From NCBI RefSeq assembly GCF_006345805.1, contig NC_043011.1, positions 29,462,464-29,526,463 on the forward strand: a DNA stretch of 64,000 nt, given 5' to 3'. A program made the translations under genes and the position numbers. Source of the DNA: Octopus sinensis. Lineage: Eukaryota. The notes below the pieces were generated by a model that searched no databases, had not been told where the DNA came from, and worked only from the letters and a program-made list of their open reading frames with translations. Shown here one piece after another: positions 25,609 through 38,316 of this stretch (position 1 is its first letter; every line of letters starts with the position of its first letter).

Positions 25609-25822
25609 ATAGTCCTATATTTAAGAGATGAGGAATTATGTACTTTATTTACATTATTTACATTTGACAGATAATAACATCAAAAAACACCTTAGGAATG
25701 AGAACCCAGGTTCGAAATTTCCCCAAGATACCTGATGAAGGCTGGAGGGTATATCAGCCGAAACGTGTTAACAACAAACAAGATGAGGACAAATATCCGT
25801 CAAATGTAAATAATGTAAATAA
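25609..25822. mobile_element. Penelope-like pLTR fragment in partially inverted configuration
   Basis: 25645-25673 is the reverse complement of 25794-25822 (1 mismatch); the body matches 29255-29404, which follows a GIY-YIG end. Confidence 0.75.
25726..25770 (+). ncRNA. Minimal hammerhead motif with a degenerate cleavage site
   Basis: agauac CUGAUGA a GGCUG gaggguauau CAGCC GAAA CGUGUU; perfect 5 bp stem II, but GUG at the NUH position. Confidence 0.55.
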
Positions 25823-26932
25823 TATAAATACATACATTCATATATATATATATCCAAAACTAGGGAATGGATTAGATAAAATCCAGTCTATATATGCTTC
25901 ATAGCTAGTAGAACCTCGGAAGTAGTAATTTCCAAAACAAGGGGTAAACTGCTAGCTACTCATTGAGCAAAGGTATCTTAGTCAAATGAAGTTTACATTT
26001 TCATCAAGCGATCAGATCACATGTTAACTTGCAGATTTGATTGAAAATGTATGAAAAGCACAGAGTGACATAACAAAAGGGAAAACTTGTTTGTGAAGAA
26101 ATAATACATGGGAATGGGTAAATGTCTGAATTTGTTTAGGAAAGTATCAAGATGTGAATAAAGAAAAAGAGAGGGGGAAGAGTAGGGGGGAAAAATTTGG
26201 TAGCGGAATATCTTTGTGAATTTGGCTAGGGGAATGACTTTGTGAATTCAAGCTGGGTTATTTACAGGGTCTGCAGTGGAATAAATAAGTAAATATATTG
26301 TGGCACCCTGTAAATCCATTTAAAGAGAGTCAAAGAAAAAGAAGATATAAGTTAGGATTTGATAGGAGAAAGGTGGGGAGAAGGAGAGAGGGTAGAAGAT
26401 AATGGTTTTGGTCTGTTTGGGGAATTTAGTAGTTCTAGGTAAGTTGCTGGTTTATTGCTTAATTTTAAAATTAAACATGCATGTATTAGCACACATGCGT
26501 GTAGTTTTTCATGCGCCTGTAGCATCTAGGAGGTATACTGCATGTGTGGGCGCTTGTATATTCTCATGTGCAGAAGGAAGGTGTAGGGAGATCAAAGTGT
26601 TAGAGAAAATATTGAATATAAAAGATAAAGAAATAAAATAAGAAAATAAAAAATAAAAAAATATAAAAATTATAAAGGTAGTTAAAAATCTTGGATTTTT
26701 ATTCACATACACAGTAACCCTAGCTGCTAACTATGAACTATAAAATATAATAACTTTTTTTGAGCCTATTGAAGTTCAATATGGGAAAAATTTACAACCT
26801 TCTATGTCAATAAACCACTATTTTTCCTAAAACTTGTTTTTTATATCTTCTACGGATTGCACGAAGCTTACTAACTTCCTACACCTTGATCCTTGGAGCT
26901 CTACCTTTATATATATATATATATATATATAT

Positions 26933-27304
26933 AAATTAACAATTGAGGATAAAATCTTTAAAAGAAATTATCAGTAGTCAGCGTGAAAAACCTCGTAAGA
27001 GAAAAAATCCGTAAATTTTTCCTCTTTGAAAATATTCATTTACATTATATTGAGGGTACTACTATTCGTAGATACCAACATGCTAAGAGGGACCAATGCG
27101 GTCAAAACTACTAAAAATAAACAAAATTTTACTGAATGCAAAACTTCAAAACACATCATTTTAAAAAGAATTCAGTAACTGAATTCTTTTTTAAAATGAT
27201 GTGTTTTGAAGTTTTGCATTCGGTAAAATTTTTTTTATTTTTAGTAGTTTTGACCGCATTGGTCCCTCTTAGCGTGTTGGTATCTACGAATAGTAGTACC
27301 CTCA

Positions 27305-27311
<7 letters not shown>
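26933..27311. mobile_element. Stub + ~132 bp-arm near-perfect palindrome
   Basis: Arms 27044-27175 and 27179-27311, TAA loop, few mismatches, flanked by (TA)n. Confidence 0.9.
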
Positions 27312-27339
<28 letters not shown>

Positions 27340-27341
<2 letters not shown>

Positions 27342-27547
27342 CCGCATGTGTACCATTGGCAATTTTTTTCCTCTATCTTCCCTTCCTTGGATCTTTCCTT
27401 TTCCTATGTTTCTGATGAAGAGCTCTGCTCGAAACATTAAATCCTCCTTCTTTCTTTCCTTTCCTGAGCGTCCAATAACACTATACTTGTTCCACGTCCT
27501 CGCGTTGTTGTGTTTTCTCTTTGTGTTGTCATGTTTGGATTAACTTT
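27340..27547 (+). mobile_element. Penelope-like pLTR fragment between (TA)n tracts
   Basis: Contains a hammerhead core followed by a pyrimidine-rich tail. Confidence 0.65.
27406..27445 (+). ncRNA. Minimal hammerhead motif (PLE-type)
   Basis: uguuu CUGAUGA a GAGC ucu GCUC GAAA CAUU aaauc; core and stem II intact, ACAU where the palindromic ACGU is expected. Confidence 0.65.
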
Positions 27548-28136
27548 ATATATATATATATATCGATATAGATATATCAATATAGAAAAAGATAGGAAGA
27601 TGGATGGATGGTTGAGTGGGTGATTGTGTGTGTGTGTAGCCTTGTCTTGTCATCAATTGATGATTGGGAATGAGTATCTCATGTTACAAGTGACATTATT
27701 TGTTTCCAGTCTTCCAGAAGAAACGAAGCATATTTGGCAACAGGGAAATATTGTTTTGCTTCAAAACAGCAGAGGGCTGGTGACAAGAAAGGCATTTGGC
27801 CATAGAAAATCTGCCTCATCAGATTCTATCAGGCATGCAAGCAGGAAAAAGTAGATGTTAAACGATAGCCAACCAACCAACCAACCAACCAACCAGCCAA
27901 CCAGCTAAATAAACTCACAGTTTCCAGAACTTTCTGCTCTTCCTGCCAAAACTGTCCCTCTGTGTGAGCATCCTTTGCAGTGTTATGGGAAGACATGATA
28001 TACAGTTATGGTAACCCAAGTAGGAGAGCAGAAATCTTGAATAAAATTCTGCATGAGAGAGCTGAATGCTCCATATAGCAACCTGTCTCAGAGAGCAGTA
28101 ATTCTGAATAAAAGTTTGCATAGTTGCAGAGACCAA

Positions 28137-28545
28137 GGTGCAGGCATGGCTGTGTGGTAAGAAGCTTGGTTCCCAATCACATGATTCCTGGTTCAGTCCA
28201 ACTGTGTGGCAATTTGGGCAAATATCTTCTTTTATAATCTCATTCCAACCAAAATCTTGTAAGTGAATTTGGTAGACGGAAACTGAAAGAAACATGTCAT
28301 ATATATATATATATGTGCGTGCATGTGTGTGTGTGTGTTTGTGTCTATGTTTGTTCCCCATTGCTTGTCAACCAGTGTTGGTGTGTTTATGTCCCCATAA
28401 CTTGGCAGTTCGGCAAAAGAGAACTATAGAATAAGTACCAAGATTTTAACAAAATAATTACTAAGGTCAATATATTCAACTGAAAAGATCTTCAAAGTGG
28501 TGCCCCAGCATGGCTACAGTCTAATGACTGAAACAAGTAAAAGAT
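28137..28545 (+). mobile_element. tRNA-derived SINE family 1
   Basis: Shared family 1 sequence. Confidence 0.85.
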
Positions 28546-28865
28546 GAGAGATGTTTATTCTGTATGCTGCAGTGAATGCATCCCATCTTGAAGAGCAATG
28601 ATTCTTAATAAAATTTGACACAGAATACAGAAAACATCTAATCCTTTCCAGGCCTGCATTAACCTCTACGTACAGTCCTTTCTCCTCAGAGCATATAGCC
28701 TTCTGGAATCTTCACCTGACTCATATTTTTCATTCAGGTATTAACTAATGACAGTTTAAATGGAAGAAAATTGGAATTAAGCTGACGAGTCTTGGAGGGC
28801 CTCCACTATTCATAAGCACTGCCCCTTCCTCCAGGTTCAACAAATTAAAAGAAAAAGTTCATCCC

Positions 28866-29138
28866 AAAGGGTAGAGGAATATTGCGAAGCTGTGACACGG
28901 GGAGATATCAATAAATCGGGTATAGCTGATCATGTATGGAAAAAAGATAGAGACTACTTCCCCCTGTGCGATGAAGTTAAAATAATAGACAGAGAACGAG
29001 AACACCACTGGAAAATACGAAAACTAAAGAAGCAGCACATATACTAGGACACTACAACCTCCTAAGCAGACCGAGTGCAGATATGAACAGCATGTGGGAA
29101 CCAGTATTAAGGAAGGATAGGAGAATATTAGATTTATA
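28866..29138 (+). pseudogene. Penelope-like element ORF C-terminus (GIY-YIG endonuclease end), frameshifted
   Basis: RVEEYCEAVTRGDINKSGIADHVWKK...EVKIIDRE..HWKIRKL/KEAAHILGHYNLLSRPSADMNSMWEPVL*: the S(A/G)xAxH, IIDRE and RKxKEA motifs typical of PLE ends. Confidence 0.8.
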
Positions 29139-29168
29139 AGCCCTAAAATTCACTCCATAATTGCCCAC

Positions 29169-29231
29169 GGGCATATGGTGTGGTGGTCAAGAGCATGAGC
29201 TACTAACCCCAAGATTCCGAGTTCGATTCCA
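29169..29231 (+). other. tRNA-like segment (A/B-box) between the PLE ORF end and the pLTR
   Basis: tggtgtggtgg (A-box-like), ctactaa loop, gagttcgattcc (B-box/T-arm); no complete acceptor stem. Confidence 0.6.
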
Positions 29232-29254
29232 ACAACAACAATAATAATAGTAAT

Positions 29255-29404
29255 ACCTTAAGAGTGAGAACCCAGGTTCGAAATTTCCTCAAGACACCTG
29301 AGGCTGGAGTGTATATCAGCTGAATCGTTAATAACAAACAAGATGAGAACAAATATCTGTCAAATAATGTACATAATTCCTCATCTCTTAACTATAGAAC
29401 TGTA
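29255..29404 (+). mobile_element. PLE pLTR fragment (same family as 25674-25822), hammerhead core deleted
   Basis: gagaacccaggttcgaaatttcc.caaga.acctga...ggctggag.gtatatcagc.gaa; lacks tgaa of CUGAUGA. Confidence 0.7.
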
Positions 29405-30589
29405 TTCTTTGGGCAAGTTGGCTTGCTGGGCTGATCTGCAGTTTCCCTGCTGCTAACTTTGCTGTTGGAGCTGTTTTGATGTCAGGAGGCCAATGTTCTG
29501 CAATCTCTATTTGGCATCAAATTTGGGTAAAGTGCAGATTGTATGATGCTTGTGAAAAAATTGTAATTCTGCATGGTAGCAAAAACATGAGTGTTGAATA
29601 GAAGGATATACAAAAGCAAGAAAGAAATGTAGAAAGAATATTCCACGAGATGTGAAATGTTAGTATGCATGAAAAGAAATGAAAAAAAAAAAAAAGCTGG
29701 AAGGCAAAATCCAAGTATTGGAGGAATCAGATGTAACATGCAATAGAGAAAATTTCATTAAGTAGAGACATGTGATGCCTATAGGGAATGACAATTGTGT
29801 AAATAGGTGTCAAATGATACAAGGAGATGGAACCTGTGGAATAGAAAGACTAAGAACGATATAGAGAGAAGTTGGTGAATGCTAAACTCTGGTAAGTGAA
29901 CTTTGCAAAGGGGACGAGAAAGGATTGGAACAAATAGCAAGACACTGTGCTAGAGAAAGGTTAATAAATCTATGTAAGCATGGGGGGGGGAAACATGATG
30001 ATGATGATGATGACAGTGGTGGTAATAACAGGGGCAGCTGCAGCAACAATGATGATGATAATGACAACAACGGTGATGACAGCGATGGCAGACAGCAATG
30101 GCGATGATAGCAACAACAACGATGATGACAATGACAACGATGACGACAATAATGATGATGTCGATGATGATGCTTAGCAAGAAATTTAGGAAGTTGAAAA
30201 CGAGGTCTTTTTGTTGTTGTTAATCTATTTTTCATCTCAATCTGTTGCAAACAGTGGCCAGCCAAAAATCACATGACTGTGCAGCTGTATCTAGTGGTGG
30301 ATTGTTGGAGGGTGGGGGATTAACTAGAACCACTATCGCATCAGACAAAATGCATTGTGGGATATTTTTTAACTTCCGACATTCTGAGTTCAAATCCAAC
30401 TGAGGTCAAATTTGCATTTCATCTTTCCAGAGTTGTAATATAAAGACCCAGACAAGTATTGTAGGTGAAAGGCAGAGATGAAGTTCTTCCCTCAAAACAG
30501 CTGACCTTGTGCATAAATTATAAACAGTTATTAGTGTTTCATTTGATGAATGTAGCTGATGAAACAATCTACAAGTTCTGTTTGCTGAA

Positions 30590-30945
30590 ACAAGGTAAAG
30601 AGTAAAGACCTCCTATAGTCGCGAATGAACAAGGGTTTGCACCTAGAAAGTTCCCCTCTGCGTTCACAAGTCCAAGTAAGATTATTTTGTGAAAGACTAG
30701 CTGTTTCCCATGCATACCAGCCTCCCCTTTCTATGACACTGATATTGTCCAAAGGAAAGGCAAAGTCCAAATACAGCTTGGCACCAGTGATGTGGCAAAT
30801 CATTTCTACAGCTGAGTGAACATGGAGCGACGTGATATAAAGTGTCTTGCTCAAGAACGCAACACACAGCCTGGTCTAGGAATTGAACTCACAACTTCAT
30901 GATTGTAAGCCCAATACTCTAACCACTGAGCCATGTGCCTCCATA
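30590..30945 (-). mobile_element. tRNA-derived SINE, a third family
   Basis: Minus-strand head ggaggcacatggctcagtggttagag...gtgagttcaattcc followed by ttgagcaagacacttt. Confidence 0.7.
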
Positions 30946-30976
30946 CTGAAACAGGACCTACTTTAGTATTAAGGCC

Positions 30977-31210
30977 CTAGCTATCAGTAATGACCTTGGG
31001 TGGAGGTCCTAGTTGTCCACTCAACTGCAGACAACTAAGAACTTGTTTGTGGCTGAACAATCTTATGTGTGAAAGACAGTCTCTGCCACACAGATCATAC
31101 TTTTGAGCTCTCCCAGTGTTATTTGAGTTAAAGTGTTTTTTTCTGTGGATCTTCCTTTCATCTGCTGCAGGAATCAGTCTCTCCAGCATAGGGCATTCCA
31201 TGGAAGCCAA
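30977..31210 (-). pseudogene. Probable RTE LINE 3'-end relic with a single Cys/His motif
   Basis: AADERKIHRKKH...KYDLCGRDCLSHIRLFSHK resembles RTE C-termini. Confidence 0.45.
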
Positions 31211-31426
31211 ACTCGGGCACTATAGAATGAAGGACAGGATGTTGTCAATACAGCAACAACCAGTTCTTTTCAATGTCACTGAGGAATACAAAGAAGCAAT
31301 AAATAGCATTACAAGTTGGCACCTGTGTTGTCACAAGAGTTCCCAGAACAAAGTTGTAGACAGTGCTGAAATGTCTCACAAATTCTGACCCCTAATTTTC
31401 CCTCAGGGTTTTCCCAAGGCTGGGTA

Positions 31427-31648
31427 TATGAGGAGGTGCTGTAAAGTTCTTGGCTTTGAGTAATAGAATATACAATACCATCAGTTAATTATGATTTTAT
31501 TTGACATATTCCCCTCTCAAATTCACACACTTATTGCAGTGGTCCTTCATTTTTTTCTAAACCCTGTAAAAGAACTCAGAAGGCTGGGTCTCTCACTAGC
31601 CTTTTTGTGATGTCTTTAAAGCCAGGAACTTTTCAGTACCCCCTCGTA
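31427..31648. mobile_element. Mariner-type MITE, best-preserved copy
   Basis: tatgaggaggtgctgtaaagttcttggcttt ... aaagccaggaacttttcagtaccccctcgta, TA at both ends. Confidence 0.82.
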
Positions 31649-32142
31649 AGTGAAAGGCAACAGAGGTTTTGAATCAATGTTTTCCTTCCCCTAGGTGTGT
31701 TGCACCCTCAGACTAATGAACTCCATCTGCCTGACTAACTTGCTAATTAACCCATAGCTGAGACCCAAACTGATACTACAGCTCTAGGTCAAAGTAAACC
31801 TCAGAACTTCAGTGGCTAAGATGCCACACTACTCAAAACTATGGAACTTCTGAACCAGCTCCCTATAAATGAATACAATTTAAAGACATACAAAGGATAT
31901 CAGTATTAAGCTGGTGTTTTAATATGTGAATGTTTTATTTTGATTTTTGTGCATTGTTTTACTCTGTATTCTATATCAATCAAATAGACTAATATGACAG
32001 CTTTGGTTTAAATATCATAACATATTGTTAACTCAAATATCATCACTTGTAACACCAACTTCTTTGTCTGATAGCTACACAACACACACAAACACATGTA
32101 TGTAAGTATATATGTATGTCTGCATGGTTGTATATATACATA

Positions 32143-32415
32143 TCATCATCTTCATCGTTTAACATCCATTTTCCACGCTGGCATCAGTTGGATGATTTGA
32201 CTGAGGACTGGCAAGCCAGGAGGCCGTACCAGGCTCCAATCTGATCTAGCAAAGTTTCTAGAGCTGGATGCCCTTCCTAATGCCAAACACTCTGAGTGTA
32301 CTGGATGCTTTTTACGTACCCCAGCCACAGAAGCCAGTCAGGCAGGCTGGGCATCGATGATCATGTTCGAATAGTACATTTTACATGCCAATGGCACTGG
32401 GGGCCCAGTCAGGGC
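32143..32415 (+). mobile_element. Family 3 repeat
   Basis: Shared head and one 67-mer-like unit. Confidence 0.7.
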
Positions 32416-32433
32416 TACTACTACTACTACTAC

Positions 32434-32465
<32 letters not shown>

Positions 32466-32681
32466 GTAATAATAATAATAATAATAAACTGAGATGTCTA
32501 ACATTCAAAACTTAATGCTGAAAGTTGTTTGTTTCCTAAACATATATTTATATATACATATATATACACACATATACATCTATATATGTGTGTGTGTATA
32601 CACAGACATACATATGTATATGTATATGTATATATACACATATATATATGTATATGTGTAGCTATCTATCTATTCTCTATC

Positions 32682-32768
<87 letters not shown>

Positions 32769-32907
32769 AATAGATATATATATATACATATACAGAGAGA
32801 GAGAGAGAGAGAAAGAGAGATTGGAAGATTAGATACTTAATTATAGATATATATATTCACATTTATATACCTATACATATACATGTACACACATATAACA
32901 ACATATA

Positions 32908-32934
<27 letters not shown>

Positions 32935-32938
<4 letters not shown>

Positions 32939-33253
32939 CCAATTAAGACTGAACACGAAAAGGTGGACAGTCAACATGCTAGATATAGACGTCAATCGCC
33001 ATTCTCCACAAAGATTTTGTTCTCAAATAAAAATAAAATTCAGCACGACCTTTAGGTCGTGCTGAATTTTATTTTTATGAGAACAAAATCTTTGTGGAGA
33101 ATGGCGATTTGACGTCTATATCTAGCATGTTGACTGTCCACCTTTTCGTGTTCAGTCCTTAATTGGTATATATAATATTTTAATCTTCGGATTCTTTTAA
33201 TGTGCTAGACCACTGGTTTTAATTGACTAATATCAATTTCTACCCTTAATTTT
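32935..33253. mobile_element. ~117 bp-arm near-perfect palindrome plus a 3' stub, in (TA)n
   Basis: Arms 32935-33051 and 33054-33170, TT loop, small indels only; unique stub ~33171-33253. Confidence 0.9.
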
Positions 33254-33962
33254 TATATATATATATATATATATATAAATACATATACATACATACACAC
33301 ACACCACAACCACACACCACACACACACACACACACACATATATATAATATATATATATTATGTATATATGTACATATATACATACATACAGAAACACAC
33401 ACGCATATATAAGATATATACAGAGACAATTATCAGAGAAAGAAACAATGCTGCAAATTTTGCTGTCAAAATGAATAAAAAATATATGTAGATGATCTCA
33501 TTTGAAACTACAGACAGATAAATCTCTGATAGTAGGTGTATTTCAGCGTAGGTGTTGTAAACCATTCAAAGACAGCTGAAGGAAGCTATTACTGACGCCT
33601 ACACAATGACAGTCCAGTCAGCAAACCAACAATTTCCAGAAATTTAAGAAAAAGTGGCTACTCTGTTGCTTCTTACAATATAATTATTACTTTCATTTCT
33701 GGTTTCGTGAACAATATGGAGACATAAAGATTCAGTGAGGAATAGGGAAATAGGTGTTTTTAAATGCATTTAGAGGAAGCAAAAACAGGGTTACCTTGGA
33801 TACTGATATGTATGTATCAGTATATAAGTCTACATGTATATACATACATATATATACATATATATATGGGCTCATGTATATATGTGTGTGTGTGTTTCTG
33901 CATATATACATACATAACAAGTACACACACACATATATATATACACACATATATATATATGC

Positions 33963-33993
<31 letters not shown>

Positions 33994-34108
33994 TGTGTGT
34001 ATGTGTGTACGTATGAATGTGTGTATGTATGTGTGGTGTGTGTGTGATGTGTGTATACATACATATACATACATACATATATAAATATAATATAAATTAA
34101 ATAATATA

Positions 34109-34157
<49 letters not shown>

Positions 34158-34233
34158 GTATGTGTGGTATATATATATGTATATATATATATATATTTGC
34201 ACACGCATATATATATATATGTGTATATATATG

Positions 34234-34284
<51 letters not shown>

Positions 34285-34528
34285 CTGAGTGTTAAACTAA
34301 TACATCTATTTGTTGTTTATGCATCCATCTTTGTCTTTTGTTTTTTTTGTAAATTCTCACTATATATATTTGAAAAGGTTAAATGAAAGCATACACACTA
34401 CAAAAAATTTCTTCTCAAAAAAGGTTAGTAACATCCTGATAAAAGATTTCATAACATTCTTTTAAGAAATAATTTAAAACACTTCAAAACTGCATTAAGT
34501 AATTCTCATATACTTTAAAATATATATA

Positions 34529-34575
<47 letters not shown>

Positions 34576-34617
34576 TATATATATAATCAAAATAACCAAC
34601 AAGGATATCCAGAGGTA

Positions 34618-34706
34618 ATGCAGTACGATCATTTCATGCCACTCCATTTAATTGAACAATACAAAAATAGCATCAATTGAAAATGAAGAGCAATCCTCAG
34701 CTGCAT
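34618..34706 (-). ncRNA. Hammerhead motif with damaged stem II
   Basis: AUGCAG CUGAGGA ... GAAA UGAUC GUA CUGCAU; perfect 6 bp stem I, GUA triplet. Confidence 0.6.
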
Positions 34707-36167
34707 AAAAATATCGAATTTAGTTAAAATTCGAAGGACTCGGACTCATTTGTATAATTTTATCCAAAATCACCAGACAAAGAACATGCTTTACGAACAT
34801 CACAGTTGTAACTGAGATTTTTTCAAAAAAGACACTGCTTATCATTGATTATTTCTGTTAATTAGATTTATTTATGGGGGGGATTGGGTCAGTTTTAATT
34901 TATAGGCTAGTTTATCAAATCTGAGAGAAGACAGAGTGTAGTATCATTTAGGGATAGGGCAAAATCGATAGACAATTTAAGTGGCAAAGTCATAAATCAA
35001 GATTTCTTTGAAAAGCAAAGTCTTTGGTTCACTAAGAATATACTTCAGACAAGATGTTAGCTGCTATTTTGTAGACCAATGCTTATGGGACAGGGAGAAT
35101 GATTTCATATAGTAGCAGTATATTTACCTACTATAAAAACAATGTTATTTGTATAAACACAGATACATTTTCGAGTTAATCTAAAGAATACTAAGAAAAA
35201 TATTTTTGAATACTTTCAGTATATATAAAAAAATTTACCCAATAGAGGGACAAAAAATATAGAAATAGTTCAATATTTATATATTTAAATACTAACTTAA
35301 CATATATGTATAATTATTGATTAAATGGTATTTATTGGTATTAATAAAAGAAAATTAAGGTAAATGGATATCTTAAAATTTATATATCAAATATTAACAA
35401 TTTTAGTCTAAGCATATTTCTTTTATTTTAAATAGTGAATATACCATCATCATCATCATCATCATCGTTTAGCGTCCGCTTTCCATGCTAGCATGGGTTG
35501 GACGGTTCAACTGGGGTCTGGGAAGCCAGAAGGCTGCACCAGGCCCAGTTTGATCTGGCAATGTTTCTACAGCATAGTTTTATATAAGCTGAATATGAAA
35601 TTTATAGATATATGACTTAGAGTAATCCTATAAATAAATAAATTAATAAGAGCTAGTTTTAAAATAAAATAAAAATTCAAAAAATAAAAAATATAATAAT
35701 TTGTAGAACATTATAGAAAAGGGGTAAAATGGTTTATATACCAAAACTATGGTAAGGTATATTTAGCTTATTTACATCAATAGGTAAGATAATTTATTAG
35801 AACAAATTTAATAATTCAAAATGTTATACTAAAAATTATATTTACTTGTCACGAAAATATCTATAAAAGACTGATGTATAATGTCGGTTAAAGAAATAAT
35901 TAAGTTAGTTATGGAACAAAAACTTATTATCAACTAATCTTTTTATATAATTGTTAGTTGGCGGAGGGGACAAACACAGACACACAATATATGCATATAT
36001 ATATGATGGGCTTCTTTCAGTCTCCATCTACCAAATCTACTGACAAGGCTTTGGTCAGTCTGAGGCTATAGTAGAAGACACTTACCAAGGTGACACAGTG
36101 GAACTGAACCCAGAACCATGTAGTTGGTAAGCAAGCTACTTACAGCAAATATATATATGTATATAGA

Positions 36168-36198
<31 letters not shown>

Positions 36199-36414
36199 CG
36201 TCCATTGTCCATGCTGGCGTGGGTTGGACAGTTGATCATTGCTGGCAAACTGGGGAGCTGAACCAAACTCCAGTCTGATTTGTTACAGTTTCTATGGCTG
36301 GATGCCCTTCCTAATGCCATCAACCTCACAAACTGTGGTGGGTGCTTTTGTGCAGCACCACCTGGGCACTTTTATGTGATGTATATATATATATATATAT
36401 GTAAGAATGCATGC

Positions 36415-36473
<59 letters not shown>

Positions 36474-36505
36474 ATCAAAATAACCAACAAGGATATCCAG
36501 AGGTA

Positions 36506-36594
36506 ATGCAGTACGATCATTTCATGCCACTCCATTTAATTGAACAATACAAAAATAGCATCAATTGAAAATGAAGAGCAATCCTCAGCTGCAT
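36506..36594 (-). ncRNA. Duplicate of the 34618-34706 hammerhead motif
   Basis: Same sequence shifted by 1888 bp. Confidence 0.6.
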
Positions 36595-38057
36595 AAAAAT
36601 ATCGAATTTAGTTAAAATTCGAAGGACTCGGACTCATTTGTATAATTTTATCCAAAATCACCAGACAAAGAACATGCTTTACGAACATCACAGTTGTAAC
36701 TGAGATTTTTTCAAAAAAGACACTGCTTATCATTGATTATTTCTGTTAATTAGATTTATTTATGGGGGGGATTGGGTCAGTTTTAATTTATAGGCTAGTT
36801 TATCAAATCTGAGAGAAGACAGAGTGTAGTATCATTTAGGGATAGGGCAAAATCGATAGACAATTTAAGTGGCAAAGTCATAAATCAAGATTTCTTTGAA
36901 AAGCAAAGTCTTTGGTTCACTAAGAATATACTTCAGACAAGATGTTAGCTGCTATTTTGTAGACCAATGCTTATGGGACAGGGAGAATGATTTCATATAG
37001 TAGCAGTATATTTACCTACTATAAAAACAATGTTATTTGTATAAACACAGATACATTTTCGAGTTAATCTAAAGAATACTAAGAAAAATATTTTTGAATA
37101 CTTTCAGTATATATAAAAAAATTTACCCAATAGAGGGACAAAAAATATAGAAATAGTTCAATATTTATATATTTAAATACTAACTTAACATATATGTATA
37201 ATTATTGATTAAATGGTATTTATTGGTATTAATAAAAGAAAATTAAGGTAAATGGATATCTTAAAATTTATATATCAAATATTAACAATTTTAGTCTAAG
37301 CATATTTCTTTTATTTTAAATAGTGAATATACCATCATCATCATCATCATCATCGTTTAGCGTCCGCTTTCCATGCTAGCATGGGTTGGACGGTTCAACT
37401 GGGGTCTGGGAAGCCAGAAGGCTGCACCAGGCCCAGTTTGATCTGGCAATGTTTCTACAGCATAGTTTTATATAAGCTGAATATGAAATTTATAGATATA
37501 TGACTTAGAGTAATCCTATAAATAAATAAATTAATAAGAGCTAGTTTTAAAATAAAATAAAAATTCAAAAAATAAAAAATATAATAATTTGTAGAGCATT
37601 ATAGAAAAGGGGTAAAATGGTTTATATACCAAAACTATGGTAAGGTATATTTAGCTTATTTACATCAATAGGTAAGATAATTTATTAGAACAAATTTAAT
37701 AATTCAAAATGTTATACTAAAAATTATATTTACTTGTCACGAAAATATCTATAAAAGACTGATGTATAATGTCGGTTAAAGAAATAATTAAGTTAGTTAT
37801 GGAACAAAAACTTTATTATCAACTAATCTTTTTATAAAATTGTTAGTTGGCGGAGGGGACAAACACAGACACACAACATATGCATATATATATGATGGGC
37901 TTCTTTCAGTCTCCATCTACCAAATCTACTGACAAGGCTTTGGTCAGTCTGAGGCTATAGTAGAAGACACTTACCCAAGGTGACACAGTGGAACTGAACC
38001 CAGAACCATGTAGTTGGTAAGCAAGCTACTTACAGCAAATATATATATGTATATAGA

Positions 38058-38091
<34 letters not shown>

Positions 38092-38316
38092 CGTCCATTG
38101 TCCATGCTGGCGTGGGTTGGACAGTTTGATCATTGCTGGCAAACTGGGGAGCTGAACCAAACTCCAGTCTGATTTGTTACAGTTTCTATGGCTGGATGCC
38201 CTTCCTAATGCCATCAACCTCACAAACTGTGGTGGGTGCTTTTGTGCAGCACCACCTGGGCACTTTTATGTGATGTATATATATATATATATATGTAAGA
38301 ATGCATGCATATATAT

